From assembly GCA_040414485.1 (NCBI GenBank), contig JBEDUK010000096.1:46382-110381 (forward strand): a stretch of 64,000 nt of DNA, given 5' to 3'. A program made the translations under genes and the position numbers. The notes under the pieces were generated by a model. The model was not told the DNA's origin, searched no databases, and worked only from the letters and a program-made list of their open reading frames with translations. This stretch comes from Actinomycetota bacterium. GTDB taxonomy: Bacteria > Actinomycetota > UBA4738. Positions within the stretch are counted from its first letter, which is position 1. The number at the start of each line of letters is the position of its first letter. This document shows, in pieces, positions 28,790-37,184 of this stretch.

Positions 28790-29542
28790 ATGGCAGAAGG
28801 CGACTGGGCTCCGCTGACGCCGTCGGAGATTGAAGCGGGCGTCGCCGCGATCGATTGGTACCACTCGATCCCGCTCGGGAACGGGATTGTGACGCCGGGG
28901 ATCGACCGTCCCCTCGACCGGCTGGATCGCATGGGGATCCCGGCGAACCTGAGCGGGAAGTCCGTGCTGGACATCGGCGCGTGGGACGGGTTCTTCTCCT
29001 TCGAAGCCGAGCGCCGGGGCGCCGCCAGAGTTGTGGCGACCGATTCGCACGCATGGCGCGACCGCGGGAAGAGCGGGTTCGAATTCGCGCGGGAGGCACT
29101 CGGCTCGAAGGTCGAGGACCGTGACCTCGACGTGATGGACCTTTCCCCATCGACCGTGGGTGTGTTCGACCTGGTGCTCTTCCTCGGCGTTCTGTATCAC
29201 ATGAAGGATCCGTTGGCAGGGCTGGAGCACGTCGCCAGTGTGACCGTCGGCCAGGTCATCGTCGCGACCGCGGTCGACCTGGTGGGCATACGGCGGCCGG
29301 CCGTCGCCTTCTACCCCGGCCGCGAGTTCAGCGACGATCCCACGAACTGGTGGGGGCCCAACCCGCCAGCGGTGCTCGCCATGCTTCGGACGGTCGGCTT
29401 CAGGCGCGCGACCGTGTATGCGTCCCCGATACCAACAATCGGCGGACGGGTGGTTCGGGCGGCCAAACACGCCGTGAAGCGGCGGGATCCGTTCGGGCGG
29501 ATCGTCACCCAGGGTTGGGCCGTTTTCCACGCCTGGAAGTAG
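28790..29542 (+). CDS. Class I SAM-dependent methyltransferase (CmoB/DUF1698-like)
   Basis: WYHSIPLG, VLDIGAWDGFFSFEAERRGA, FDLVLFLGVLYH, NWWGPN. Confidence 0.85.
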   Translation: MAEGDWAPLTPSEIEAGVAAIDWYHSIPLGNGIVTPGIDRPLDRLDRMGIPANLSGKSVLDIGAWDGFFSFEAERRGAARVVATDSHAWRDRGKSGFEFAREALGSKVEDRDLDVMDLSPSTVGVFDLVLFLGVLYHMKDPLAGLEHVASVTVGQVIVATAVDLVGIRRPAVAFYPGREFSDDPTNWWGPNPPAVLAMLRTVGFRRATVYASPIPTIGGRVVRAAKHAVKRRDPFGRIVTQGWAVFHAWK

Positions 29543-29560
29543 CGCGAGGCCGGCGCGGCT

Positions 29561-30319
29561 TCAGCCGAGCTGCAGCACCCGGAACGATTCGGCGTGCTGA
29601 ACGCCGATCCGTTTGCCCGCCTCGACCGCCTCCTTCGGCAGCCATTCCTCGAAGAAGCCGATCTGATGGTCGGCGACCTGGCTCGCATGCAGCCGGAGCG
29701 CTTCGACCTTCCGCTGCATGAAGCCGGTGACGTCCTGATGATGGTTCGGCTCCATCGTCCACCCGAGCCAGATCTCGTTCACGTCCCAGGGCTCCAGCCC
29801 CTCGGCGAGCAGCTCCTCGAAAAAGAGCGGGTTTCCGGCGCCCGGGAAGATCGCGTCCATGGTGCACCAGCCGGCGTTGCGGTGGTCCGAGTGATTGAAG
29901 TACTCGTTGCCGAAGAACACGACGGTCGGATCGCATGACAGGACCATCGCCGGGCGCAAGCGTCTGATCGTCCGCGCGATCTCGATCCGGACGCTCGGCA
30001 CGTTCTCCAGTTCGCCGTCGTGCGTCGCGAGCACCGTGACAGATGTGAGGCCCAGGTACTCGCCGGCCTCCTGCGTCTCGGCCAGCCGGGTCGCGGCCAG
30101 CTCGTCGCGATCGACCGGCTTGGCCGCCCCCCGGTCCCCGTTCGTCAGGACCAGCAGGTGGACATCGCGGCCCTCCGCGCACCAGCGCGCCACGGTCCCG
30201 CCGGCGCAGATCTCCATGTCGTCCGGGTGGGCGAACACGGCGAGCACCGGTCCGCCGGGCTCAGGCGCCGGATGGACGTGCGGCGCGCCTTCGGGAGGCG
30301 GCTCGATCTCGAGCGCCAT
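29561..30319 (-). CDS. PIG-L family deacetylase
   Basis: AHPDD and NHSDH zinc motifs, R..E...A...LG, ALRLHASQ. Confidence 0.9.
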   Translation of the reverse strand: MALEIEPPPEGAPHVHPAPEPGGPVLAVFAHPDDMEICAGGTVARWCAEGRDVHLLVLTNGDRGAAKPVDRDELAATRLAETQEAGEYLGLTSVTVLATHDGELENVPSVRIEIARTIRRLRPAMVLSCDPTVVFFGNEYFNHSDHRNAGWCTMDAIFPGAGNPLFFEELLAEGLEPWDVNEIWLGWTMEPNHHQDVTGFMQRKVEALRLHASQVADHQIGFFEEWLPKEAVEAGKRIGVQHAESFRVLQLG

Positions 30320-30334
30320 CGGACCCGCGATCCG

Positions 30335-31840
30335 TCAGGCGTGGGATTCGATGTAGCGCAGGATCGTCCGGGCCGGCGAGCCCGTCCCGCCGCGCGGCCA
30401 CCAGTCGTTCGAGCCGTCGACGAACGCGGGCCCCGCGACGTCCAGGTGTGCCCACGGCGTGTCGCCGACGAACTCCGCGAGGAACAGCGCCGCGGTGATC
30501 GCGCCGCCGTAACGGTTCCCGACGTTCTTGACGTCCGCGACCGTGGACTCGATGAGCCGGCGGTAGCCCTTCCACAGCGGCAGCTGCCATCCGGGCTCGC
30601 CCTCCGCGTCGCCGGCCGCGAGGAGATCGTCGATCAGCGTCTGGTCGTTGCCCATGACGGCCCACAGGTCGCCGCCGACCGCCACCATCGCCGCGCCGGT
30701 GAGCGTCGCCGAATCGATCAGCACGCGCGGCTTGCGCTCGGCGAGGAACGCCAGCACATCGGCCAGGACCAGCCGGCCCTCGGCGTCGGTGTTCAGCACC
30801 TCGGAGGTCTTGCCTCCCCAGTGGTGCAGCACGTCGCCGGGACGGATCGCCGACCCGCTCGGCATGTTCTCGGCGAACGGGATGGCGGTGATCACGTTGA
30901 CCTTCGGCTTGAGCAGGGTGAGCGCCCGCATGACCGCGAGGGTCGCGGCCGCCCCCGACATGTCGTCCTTCATGGTCTCCATCCAGTCGGCCTGCTTGAT
31001 CGACAGGCCGCCGGAGTCGAACGTGATCCCCTTGCCGGTGATCGCGATCGGCTTCGCGGACGCCCCCGCCCCGGTATAGGTGACCTCGACCATCCGCGGC
31101 TCGTTCGCGCTGCCGGATCCGACCCCCAGGATGCCGCCGAAGCCGCCGCGCTTCAGTTCGGCCTTCGTCCAGACCTTCACCTTCAAGCCGCCCGCCTTGG
31201 CCATCTTCTCGGCCTCACCGGCCAGAAACGCGGGCGTGGCGTCGATCGACGGGGTGTTGACCAGATCGCGCGCCCAGTTCGACGCGTCGGCGTAGACCTG
31301 GCCGCGCTTCATGGCCGCCTTGACGGCGCGCTGCGCGCCGCCCGCGCCCTTGCCGCCGTCCGCCAGCACCAGGACCTTCTTGAGCGACGAGCCCTTCGCG
31401 TTCCCGTCGATCGGGCGCTGCTTGTACTTCGTGAACGCGTACGCGCCCAGCGCCATCCCCTCGGCAAGGGCATGAGCGGACGCGGCGGCGTCGTCGCCCA
31501 CCTGTCCGAGCGTGGTGGCGACGGCGCCGAACTTCGATCCCCGGCTCCCTGCGCGCATGGCGGCCTTGCGAAGCTGCTGCTCGCCCACGCCGGACTTGGG
31601 ACCCAGTCCGACCAGGAGGACGCTGGATGCCGGGATGCGGCCGAGCGTCGGCACCGTCAGCGTGTCCCCGAGCTTGCCGGAGACGTCGTGCGCCTTCGCG
31701 GCCGCCATCAGGTCGCCCCCCAGGGCCTTGCCGACATCGGCGACGCCGGGGCCGGGCTGGCGCCCCTCGAAGAACGGCAGGACGAGCAGGTCGGCACGCG
31801 CTTCGGCTGCGGGCGTGGTCGAGAGATCGAAGGTCGGCAC
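30335..31840 (-). CDS. pepA: Leucyl aminopeptidase (M17)
   Basis: GKGITFDSGG, MKDDMSGAA, NTDAEGRLVLAD, ATLTGA. Confidence 0.95.
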   Translation of the reverse strand: MPTFDLSTTPAAEARADLLVLPFFEGRQPGPGVADVGKALGGDLMAAAKAHDVSGKLGDTLTVPTLGRIPASSVLLVGLGPKSGVGEQQLRKAAMRAGSRGSKFGAVATTLGQVGDDAAASAHALAEGMALGAYAFTKYKQRPIDGNAKGSSLKKVLVLADGGKGAGGAQRAVKAAMKRGQVYADASNWARDLVNTPSIDATPAFLAGEAEKMAKAGGLKVKVWTKAELKRGGFGGILGVGSGSANEPRMVEVTYTGAGASAKPIAITGKGITFDSGGLSIKQADWMETMKDDMSGAAATLAVMRALTLLKPKVNVITAIPFAENMPSGSAIRPGDVLHHWGGKTSEVLNTDAEGRLVLADVLAFLAERKPRVLIDSATLTGAAMVAVGGDLWAVMGNDQTLIDDLLAAGDAEGEPGWQLPLWKGYRRLIESTVADVKNVGNRYGGAITAALFLAEFVGDTPWAHLDVAGPAFVDGSNDWWPRGGTGSPARTILRYIESHA

Positions 31841-32007
31841 GGACGGTCCTCCTCTGGGACGAGCGCTGGACGCCGAACGACGAAACTAGGGCGGCGCCTT
31901 GAACGACGGGTCAGTCTATCCGACGGCGGGAGGCGCATCGGGGCGGCTCCGTCCGCGTGGGCGACGATTGTCGGGCTCAGCAGGCCTTCCGTAGGCTTCG
32001 ACTCATC

Positions 32008-32400
32008 ATGCAGACCCGCAGCCTGAAGGACCTCGTCCACTTCGACCCCGGCGACGTCCGCCGCGAGACGCTGTTCGAGACCGGCAATCTTTTCAGCGAG
32101 GTCCTGTGCTTCGATTCGAAGCAGTTCGTCGGGCCGATGGAGGATCCCGACGCGGACGCGGTGTTCACGGTGCTGGCGGGCGAGGGCCGGTTCAACGTCG
32201 GGCGGCGCAGCAAGACGCTCCGGCAGTGGGGAACGGTGCTCGTGCCGGCGGGCTCGGAGGTCACGGTGATCAACCTGCATGACGAACCGATGGTCGTGTT
32301 GATGGTCGCCTCGCCGCCGCCCCTGGCGATCGATAACGGCGAGAACGACCAGGTGGACGACGCACAGGACGCGGACGGCGACGGACCCGGCGGACCATGA
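32008..32400 (+). CDS. Cupin-like protein
   Basis: Cupin barrel pattern (VLAGEGRF.VG...VLVPAG...V.N); the usual His ligands appear replaced. Confidence 0.7.
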   Translation: MQTRSLKDLVHFDPGDVRRETLFETGNLFSEVLCFDSKQFVGPMEDPDADAVFTVLAGEGRFNVGRRSKTLRQWGTVLVPAGSEVTVINLHDEPMVVLMVASPPPLAIDNGENDQVDDAQDADGDGPGGP

Positions 32401-32753
32401 GGCACCGGCCGGTCGCGACGCTTGCCGGAGTCGCGTTCGCCGCCGCGCTCCTCGCCACCGGGTGCTCGCACACGAAGACCGGGCTCGACGTCGAAATGGT
32501 GAACTACACGTTCAAGCCCGTGCACGTCTCCATCGCCGGCGGCGAGAGCGTCGTGTTCCACAACGGCACGCAGGTCACGCACAACTTCACGCTGCTGAAG
32601 GGCGGATCGGTCACGTTCGACGTGCAGCCCGGCAGCAGCATGACCGCCACCGACCTGGGCACGCTCAAGCCCGGAACGTATCCCTTCGAGTGCAAGTACC
32701 ACTTCAAGCAGGGGATGGTCGGCGTCCTGACCGTCGCCGGGGGAAGCCCGTAA
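32397..32753 (+). CDS. Cupredoxin (type 1 copper) lipoprotein
   Basis: Lipobox LATGC; HNF and C-x2-H-x4-M (CKYHFKQGM) copper ligands. Confidence 0.85.
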   Translation: MRHRPVATLAGVAFAAALLATGCSHTKTGLDVEMVNYTFKPVHVSIAGGESVVFHNGTQVTHNFTLLKGGSVTFDVQPGSSMTATDLGTLKPGTYPFECKYHFKQGMVGVLTVAGGSP

Positions 32754-32769
32754 CGGGCGCGCGGTCGTC

Positions 32770-34206
32770 CTAGCCCTGCTCCGACGGAGCGCGCGCCCGA
32801 AGCCACCGGGTCGACGCCTCCAGCACCAGGTACAGCACGAACGCCGAGGCGAACGCCGGCGCGCTCGCCCCGGCCACCGACCCCGCGAGCGGGAACGGCA
32901 GGTGAAGGCCGCCGTGCAGGACGCGTTCGACCAGCCGCTGCCACCCGGCCGGGCCGGTCGGCACCGCCCACTGATACACGACGAACCCCACCGCCCACGC
33001 GGCGAGCGCGGTCGGCCGAAGGCCCCGGTTCGCTCCTGAGCCGAAGAGCGCAGCCTCGCCGAAGGACCTGCGCCGCAGCGCGAAGTAGTCCGCGAGGAAC
33101 ACGCCGAACAGCGGCACGAAGATCGAGCCGAGCAGGAAGAGGAAGGACTCGAACGTCCCAAGCGCGGTGTCGGGCCGGCCGCCGAGCCACACCGCGAGGA
33201 GCGTGCCGGCCACCGCGACCACGAGGATCGTCCGCCGCTGGCCGAGCCGCTCGCGGAGGTTCTGCGCGGACACCGCCGCGGAGTAGATGTCGGCGAATGC
33301 CTCGTCGGTCTCGCCGGCGAGCAGCGCCAGCAGCACGATCCAGCCGCCGGCGAGCCCGGGGATCGCCACCGCCAAACCCGCGGGTGTCCCGTCGGTGAGG
33401 CCCGCGCCTAGGACGAGCAGTGCCCCCAGCGCATAGAACCACGCGTTGCCGACCGCGTAACCGGCGAACGTGCCGGCCGCCGCCCTTCGCGGATCCTTCG
33501 CGAACCGGTTGTAGTCGGCGACGAGCGGCAACCACGAGACCGGCTGGACGATCACCAGGTCGACGGCGAGCCAGAAGTGCAATCCGCCCTCACCGGGCCG
33601 GTGCCACATCGCCGCCAGCGGCGCGCGGGCGAGGATCCTGTAGGTGATCCACGCGGCGACCGCGACGACCACCCACGCCCCGAAACGTTCGAGCCACCTC
33701 CGGATCACCAGGATCGGGCCGCCGAGCGCGAGCGCGGTGCAGGCCAGGGCGACGACGGCCAGCCACAGGCCGTAGGAGTCGAACCCGAACAGCCGCTCGC
33801 CGACGGTGTTCGCGACCAGCGCCATCGCCCAGAACTCGAACCCCGTCCATCCGACGAGCAGCAGGACGTTCAACACGGATGGGATCGACGAGCCGGCCCG
33901 GCCCAGGACCGGGCGGAAGAGCACCATGGTCGGCACGCCTTCGCGCGCGCCTGCGTAGCCGACCAGGGCCAGCGGGATGCAGCCGATGACGGAGCCGACG
34001 GCGATGGCCGCGAGCGCCGCGGGGAGGCCGAGCGCCGGCACGAGCAGCGCGCCGGTGAGCGCAACCAGGAGCCCCACGGCCAGATCGCCCCAGAGGATCG
34101 CCAGGTCGAAGGCGCCGAGCGTCCGCCGATCGAGCGGGACGGGGCGGATGCCCCTCGTGGGCACCTCGCGCTCGAACGCGCGCTCCAGGCGCTCCGCTGC
34201 GCCCAT
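32770..34206 (-). CDS. cytX: NCS1 purine-cytosine permease family, CytX-like thiamine precursor transporter
   Basis: About 12 TM segments, SWLPLVADYNRF, FADIYS; preceded by a TPP riboswitch. Confidence 0.8.
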   Translation of the reverse strand: MGAAERLERAFEREVPTRGIRPVPLDRRTLGAFDLAILWGDLAVGLLVALTGALLVPALGLPAALAAIAVGSVIGCIPLALVGYAGAREGVPTMVLFRPVLGRAGSSIPSVLNVLLLVGWTGFEFWAMALVANTVGERLFGFDSYGLWLAVVALACTALALGGPILVIRRWLERFGAWVVVAVAAWITYRILARAPLAAMWHRPGEGGLHFWLAVDLVIVQPVSWLPLVADYNRFAKDPRRAAAGTFAGYAVGNAWFYALGALLVLGAGLTDGTPAGLAVAIPGLAGGWIVLLALLAGETDEAFADIYSAAVSAQNLRERLGQRRTILVVAVAGTLLAVWLGGRPDTALGTFESFLFLLGSIFVPLFGVFLADYFALRRRSFGEAALFGSGANRGLRPTALAAWAVGFVVYQWAVPTGPAGWQRLVERVLHGGLHLPFPLAGSVAGASAPAFASAFVLYLVLEASTRWLRARAPSEQG

Positions 34207-34214
34207 CGATCGGC

Positions 34215-34335
34215 TCGCCTCCCTTCGCCGGCATTGCCCGGATCAGGTTCGAAGGGTCGCCGGCTCCCCGTCGGGTCGCATGGACCCGTCCGCCAGCCGG
34301 CCTCTCAGCCCGGTCTCACCGAGCTCCCCCGTTCG
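34215..34335 (-). ncRNA. TPP riboswitch
   Basis: Minus strand GGGGAGC...GGGCTGAGAG...GACCCTTCGAACCTGATCCGGGCAATGCCGGCGAAGGGAG matches the THI-box consensus; RBS abuts the aptamer 3' end. Confidence 0.93.
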
Positions 34336-34340
34336 AGCGA

Positions 34341-34350
34341 AGTGTACCCA
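34341..34350 (-). promoter_or_regulatory. Putative -10 element (TACACT) for the riboswitch-cytX transcript
   Basis: TGGGTACACT on the minus strand about 6 nt upstream of the aptamer. Confidence 0.5.
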
Positions 34351-34410
34351 CTGCGAGGCGCACGCACGGGGCCCTGGATCGCTCCCGGGCAAAATGTCCG
34401 AACTGACCGG

Positions 34411-34439
34411 TTGACGGTCGGTACCGCGGCGGTCAAACT
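34411..34439 (+). promoter_or_regulatory. Putative promoter of the aro leader, TTGACG-N17-CAAACT
   Basis: Near-consensus -35 and 17-bp spacer; the predicted start lies only a few nt before leader ATG 34450. Confidence 0.55.
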
Positions 34440-34449
34440 CCAGGGCACG

Positions 34450-34578
34450 ATGCGGTCCACGGACAGCGCGGTGACGGTCCAGCGCCGATGGCAGGGCGCC
34501 CAGTGGCGCTCCTACGCCTTTGCGTATGCCTTCGGCTATGGCGTCCCCACGCCTTCCGGGGGGGATGCAGCCGGATAG
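34450..34578 (+). CDS. Putative aromatic amino acid attenuator leader peptide (42 aa)
   Basis: MRSTDSAVTVQRRWQGAQWRSYAFAYAFGYGVPTPSGGDAAG: W14, W19, Y22, F24, Y26, F28, Y30; lies before a terminator and the aro operon. Confidence 0.8.
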   Translation: MRSTDSAVTVQRRWQGAQWRSYAFAYAFGYGVPTPSGGDAAG

Positions 34579-34606
34579 CACCACCGGCGACATCCGGGAC
34601 CGCGGG

Positions 34607-34644
34607 AGGCGTGGAGCCGAAGGGCTCCGCGCCTTTTCGTTTTC
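34607..34644 (+). terminator. Attenuator intrinsic terminator
   Basis: 12-bp stem AGGCGTGGAGCC/GGCTCCGCGCCT with GAAG loop followed by TTTCGTTTT, upstream of aroH. Confidence 0.85.
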
Positions 34645-34672
34645 TCGGGGCAAGCGAGGAGGTCGGCGAACG

Positions 34673-35083
34673 ATGGACGAAACCAGACCCTCGGAGGCGA
34701 CGCCTCCGCCGGCGCTCGCGTGCCGGGGGATCCGGGGGGCGACCACGGTGGCGGGCGCGGCACCGGACGACGTCGGCCGGGCCACCGCGGAACTGCTCGC
34801 GGAGCTGCAGCAGGCGAACGGGTTCCAACTGGCCGACGTCGCGGCCGCGACCTTCACGCTCCCCGGCGAACTGACCGGCGCGAACCCCGCGGCCGCGGCA
34901 CGAGCGGCGGGATGGGCGGCGATCCCGCTGATGATGGTTCGCGAGCACGGCGGCGACGCCGGCGTCCCGAACTGCCTCCGCGTCCTCCTGCTGGTCAACA
35001 CCACGACGACACAGTCCGAGATCCGCCACGTCTACCTGCGAGGAGCGGCCGAACTTCGGCCCGACCTCGCTACCCTCTCATGA
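34673..35083 (+). CDS. aroH: AroH-class chorismate mutase
   Basis: RGIRGATTV, PAAAAR, CLRVLL, HVYLRGAAELRPDL; GAGGAGG RBS. Confidence 0.9.
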   Translation: MDETRPSEATPPPALACRGIRGATTVAGAAPDDVGRATAELLAELQQANGFQLADVAAATFTLPGELTGANPAAAARAAGWAAIPLMMVREHGGDAGVPNCLRVLLLVNTTTTQSEIRHVYLRGAAELRPDLATLS

Positions 35084-36162
35084 GCACCGTCCTCGACCGC
35101 CCGACGCTTCGTCCGACGCAGCCCTCGAAGGAGGAACCGATGGTCATCGTCATGCAGGCCCACGCGAGCGAAGAGGAGGTCGCGGGCGTCATCGCCAAGA
35201 TCGAGTCGCTCGGTTTCACGCCCCACGTCTCGCCCGGTTCCGAACGGACGATCATCGGCGTCATCGGCGACGAGCGGCCCGTCGAGCCGATCGTGTTCGA
35301 GGCATTGGCCGGCGTCGACCGCGTGGTGCGGATCCTCGCGCCGTTCAAGCTCGCCAGCCGCGAATTCCATCCCGCCGATCGGGTGATCCAACTGCCGAAC
35401 GGCGTTCGGATCGGCGGCTCGTGCGGCGTCGCGATGATGGCCGGGCCGTGTGCCGTCGAAAACGCCGACCAGCTCGCCGCCGCGGCCGAGGCGGTCCATG
35501 CGGTCGGCGTCCGCGTGCTGCGTGGCGGCGCGTTCAAGCCCAGGACCTCGCCGTACGCGTTCCAGGGGCTCGGCGAGAAAGGACTGCTCCTGCTCCGCGA
35601 GGCGGCCGACCGGCTGGGTATGGCGGTCATCACCGAGGTGGTCACGCCGGAGGACGTGCCGCTGGTCGCCGAGCACGCGGAGATGCTGCAGGTCGGGGCG
35701 CGAAACATGCAGAACTACCGGCTGCTGCGCGCATGCGGCGACGCCGGCCGCCCGGTGCTCCTCAAGCGGGGCCTCGGGTCGACGATCGACGAGCTCCTTC
35801 AAGCGGCCGAGTACATCCTGGCCCACGGGAACGGCGACGTCGCCGTGTGCGAGCGGGGGATCCGGACGTTCGAGACGGCCACGCGGTTCACGCTGGACAT
35901 CAACGCCGTGCCCGTGTTGAAGCACGCCACGTCGCTGCCGGTGATCGTGGACCCGTCGCATGCCGCCGGCCGCGCCGAATTCGTCCCGTCGATCGCGCTC
36001 GCAGCGGTGGCGGCGGGAGCCGACGGGCTGTTGATAGAGGTTCACCCGAACCCGGCCGAAGCGCTCTCCGACGGCGCGCAGTCACTGACGCCGGCGGCGT
36101 TCGCCTCGTTGATGCACGACGTGTCTCGCGTGGCGGCCGCGGTGGGGCGGCCGGCAGGCTGA
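35080..36162 (+). CDS. aroF: DAHP synthase type I-beta with N-terminal regulatory domain (alternative start 35140)
   Basis: AGPCAVE, RGGAFKPRTSPYAFQG, QVGARNMQN, LLKRG, CERGIRTFE, VDPSH; N-terminal MVIVM...RTIIGVIGD. Confidence 0.93.
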   Translation: MSTVLDRPTLRPTQPSKEEPMVIVMQAHASEEEVAGVIAKIESLGFTPHVSPGSERTIIGVIGDERPVEPIVFEALAGVDRVVRILAPFKLASREFHPADRVIQLPNGVRIGGSCGVAMMAGPCAVENADQLAAAAEAVHAVGVRVLRGGAFKPRTSPYAFQGLGEKGLLLLREAADRLGMAVITEVVTPEDVPLVAEHAEMLQVGARNMQNYRLLRACGDAGRPVLLKRGLGSTIDELLQAAEYILAHGNGDVAVCERGIRTFETATRFTLDINAVPVLKHATSLPVIVDPSHAAGRAEFVPSIALAAVAAGADGLLIEVHPNPAEALSDGAQSLTPAAFASLMHDVSRVAAAVGRPAG

Positions 36163-36215
36163 CCTGGGTCGGTGCGCATCGAAGGCGAGCGACCTTCGCG
36201 CGGAGCGCACGAACG

Positions 36216-37184
36216 ATGACGAGCGCTGAGGGTCCGCCCGCCGGGACGCCCGGCACGCCCGGCACGCCCGGAACGCCCGGAACGCGCGCCGGCGCCGTCT
36301 CGATCGTCGGCGCCGGGCAGGTCGGCACCATGCTGGGCCTCGCGCTCATGCGAGATCGGGAGAGGGCGGGACTCGATTCCCTGACGCTGTTCGACCGGGA
36401 CCAGGGCGTCGCGGCCGCCAGCCTCGGGCGCGGAGCCGGCGACGCCGTCGGAGCCGAACTCGCCGCAGCATTCCGCGCCGACACGGTCGTCCTCGCCACA
36501 CCGGTCGACCAGATCGTCAGCTTACTTGACGAATTTGGGACGCTCGTCCGCGAGGGCTCGCTCGTCATCGACACCGGCAGCGCCAAGGGCGCCGTGGTCG
36601 CCGCGATGCGACGGTCGGTGTCGCCCGACGCCCACGCGGTCGGCGGACACCCGATGGCCGGCACCGAGCGTCCCGGGCCGGCCGGCGCCGATCCCGAACG
36701 CCTCCGCGGAGCCACGTTCGTCCTCACGGCGGTGCGCGACGATCCGCCGGGCATGGAGCGCGCCGCGGAGCTCGTCCGCGGCGTTGGGGCGCGGCCGCTC
36801 GAGATGGACGCCGGCGAGCACGACGGGGCGGTCGCCTTCACCAGCCACCTCCCGCACCTCCTGGCGTTCGGGCTCGCCTACGCAACCGTCGCCGCCGCGA
36901 CGGCGGCTCCCGCCGATCCAGGCGACCCGGCCGGCTTCGATGCGGGCCTGGCCGCGCTCATCTCAACCGGGTTCCTGGGTACGTCACGCCTTGCCGAAAG
37001 CGACCCGGCCGCCACGGCCGCGTTCCTCGCTGCGAACGCGGACGCCGTGCAGCGGGCCGCGACCGCGTTCGGCGCCTCGTTCGATTCGCTCGTCCGACTG
37101 CTCAACGACCAGCGGAAGCTCACCGAGGCATTGGCGGCCGCGCGCGCCGCGCGGCGGGCACTCGTGCCCGAGGCCGGCGCGTGA
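36216..37184 (+). CDS. tyrA: Prephenate/arogenate dehydrogenase
   Basis: GAGQVG Rossmann motif, DTGSAK, GGHPMAGTE, HD..VA..SHLPH. Confidence 0.9.
   Translation: MTSAEGPPAGTPGTPGTPGTPGTRAGAVSIVGAGQVGTMLGLALMRDRERAGLDSLTLFDRDQGVAAASLGRGAGDAVGAELAAAFRADTVVLATPVDQIVSLLDEFGTLVREGSLVIDTGSAKGAVVAAMRRSVSPDAHAVGGHPMAGTERPGPAGADPERLRGATFVLTAVRDDPPGMERAAELVRGVGARPLEMDAGEHDGAVAFTSHLPHLLAFGLAYATVAAATAAPADPGDPAGFDAGLAALISTGFLGTSRLAESDPAATAAFLAANADAVQRAATAFGASFDSLVRLLNDQRKLTEALAAARAARRALVPEAGA
36241..36285 (+). repeat. In-frame 9-bp tandem repeat encoding (GTP)x4 in the TyrA N-terminus
   Basis: ggg acg ccc / ggc acg ccc / ggc acg ccc / gga acg ccc / gga acg. Confidence 0.7.

Noticed and set aside
34416-34428. 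GGTCGGTACCGCG resembles a T-box core (GGTGGNACCGCG) upstream of the aro operon
   Set aside because: The essential UGGN is CGGU, it lies inside the predicted promoter spacer, there is no room for a Stem I, and it is about 180 nt from the terminator; the leader-peptide model fits better
36241-36285. 9-bp tandem repeat as a phase-variation or CRISPR-like element
   Set aside because: In-frame, degenerate and without spacers; it encodes a low-complexity linker
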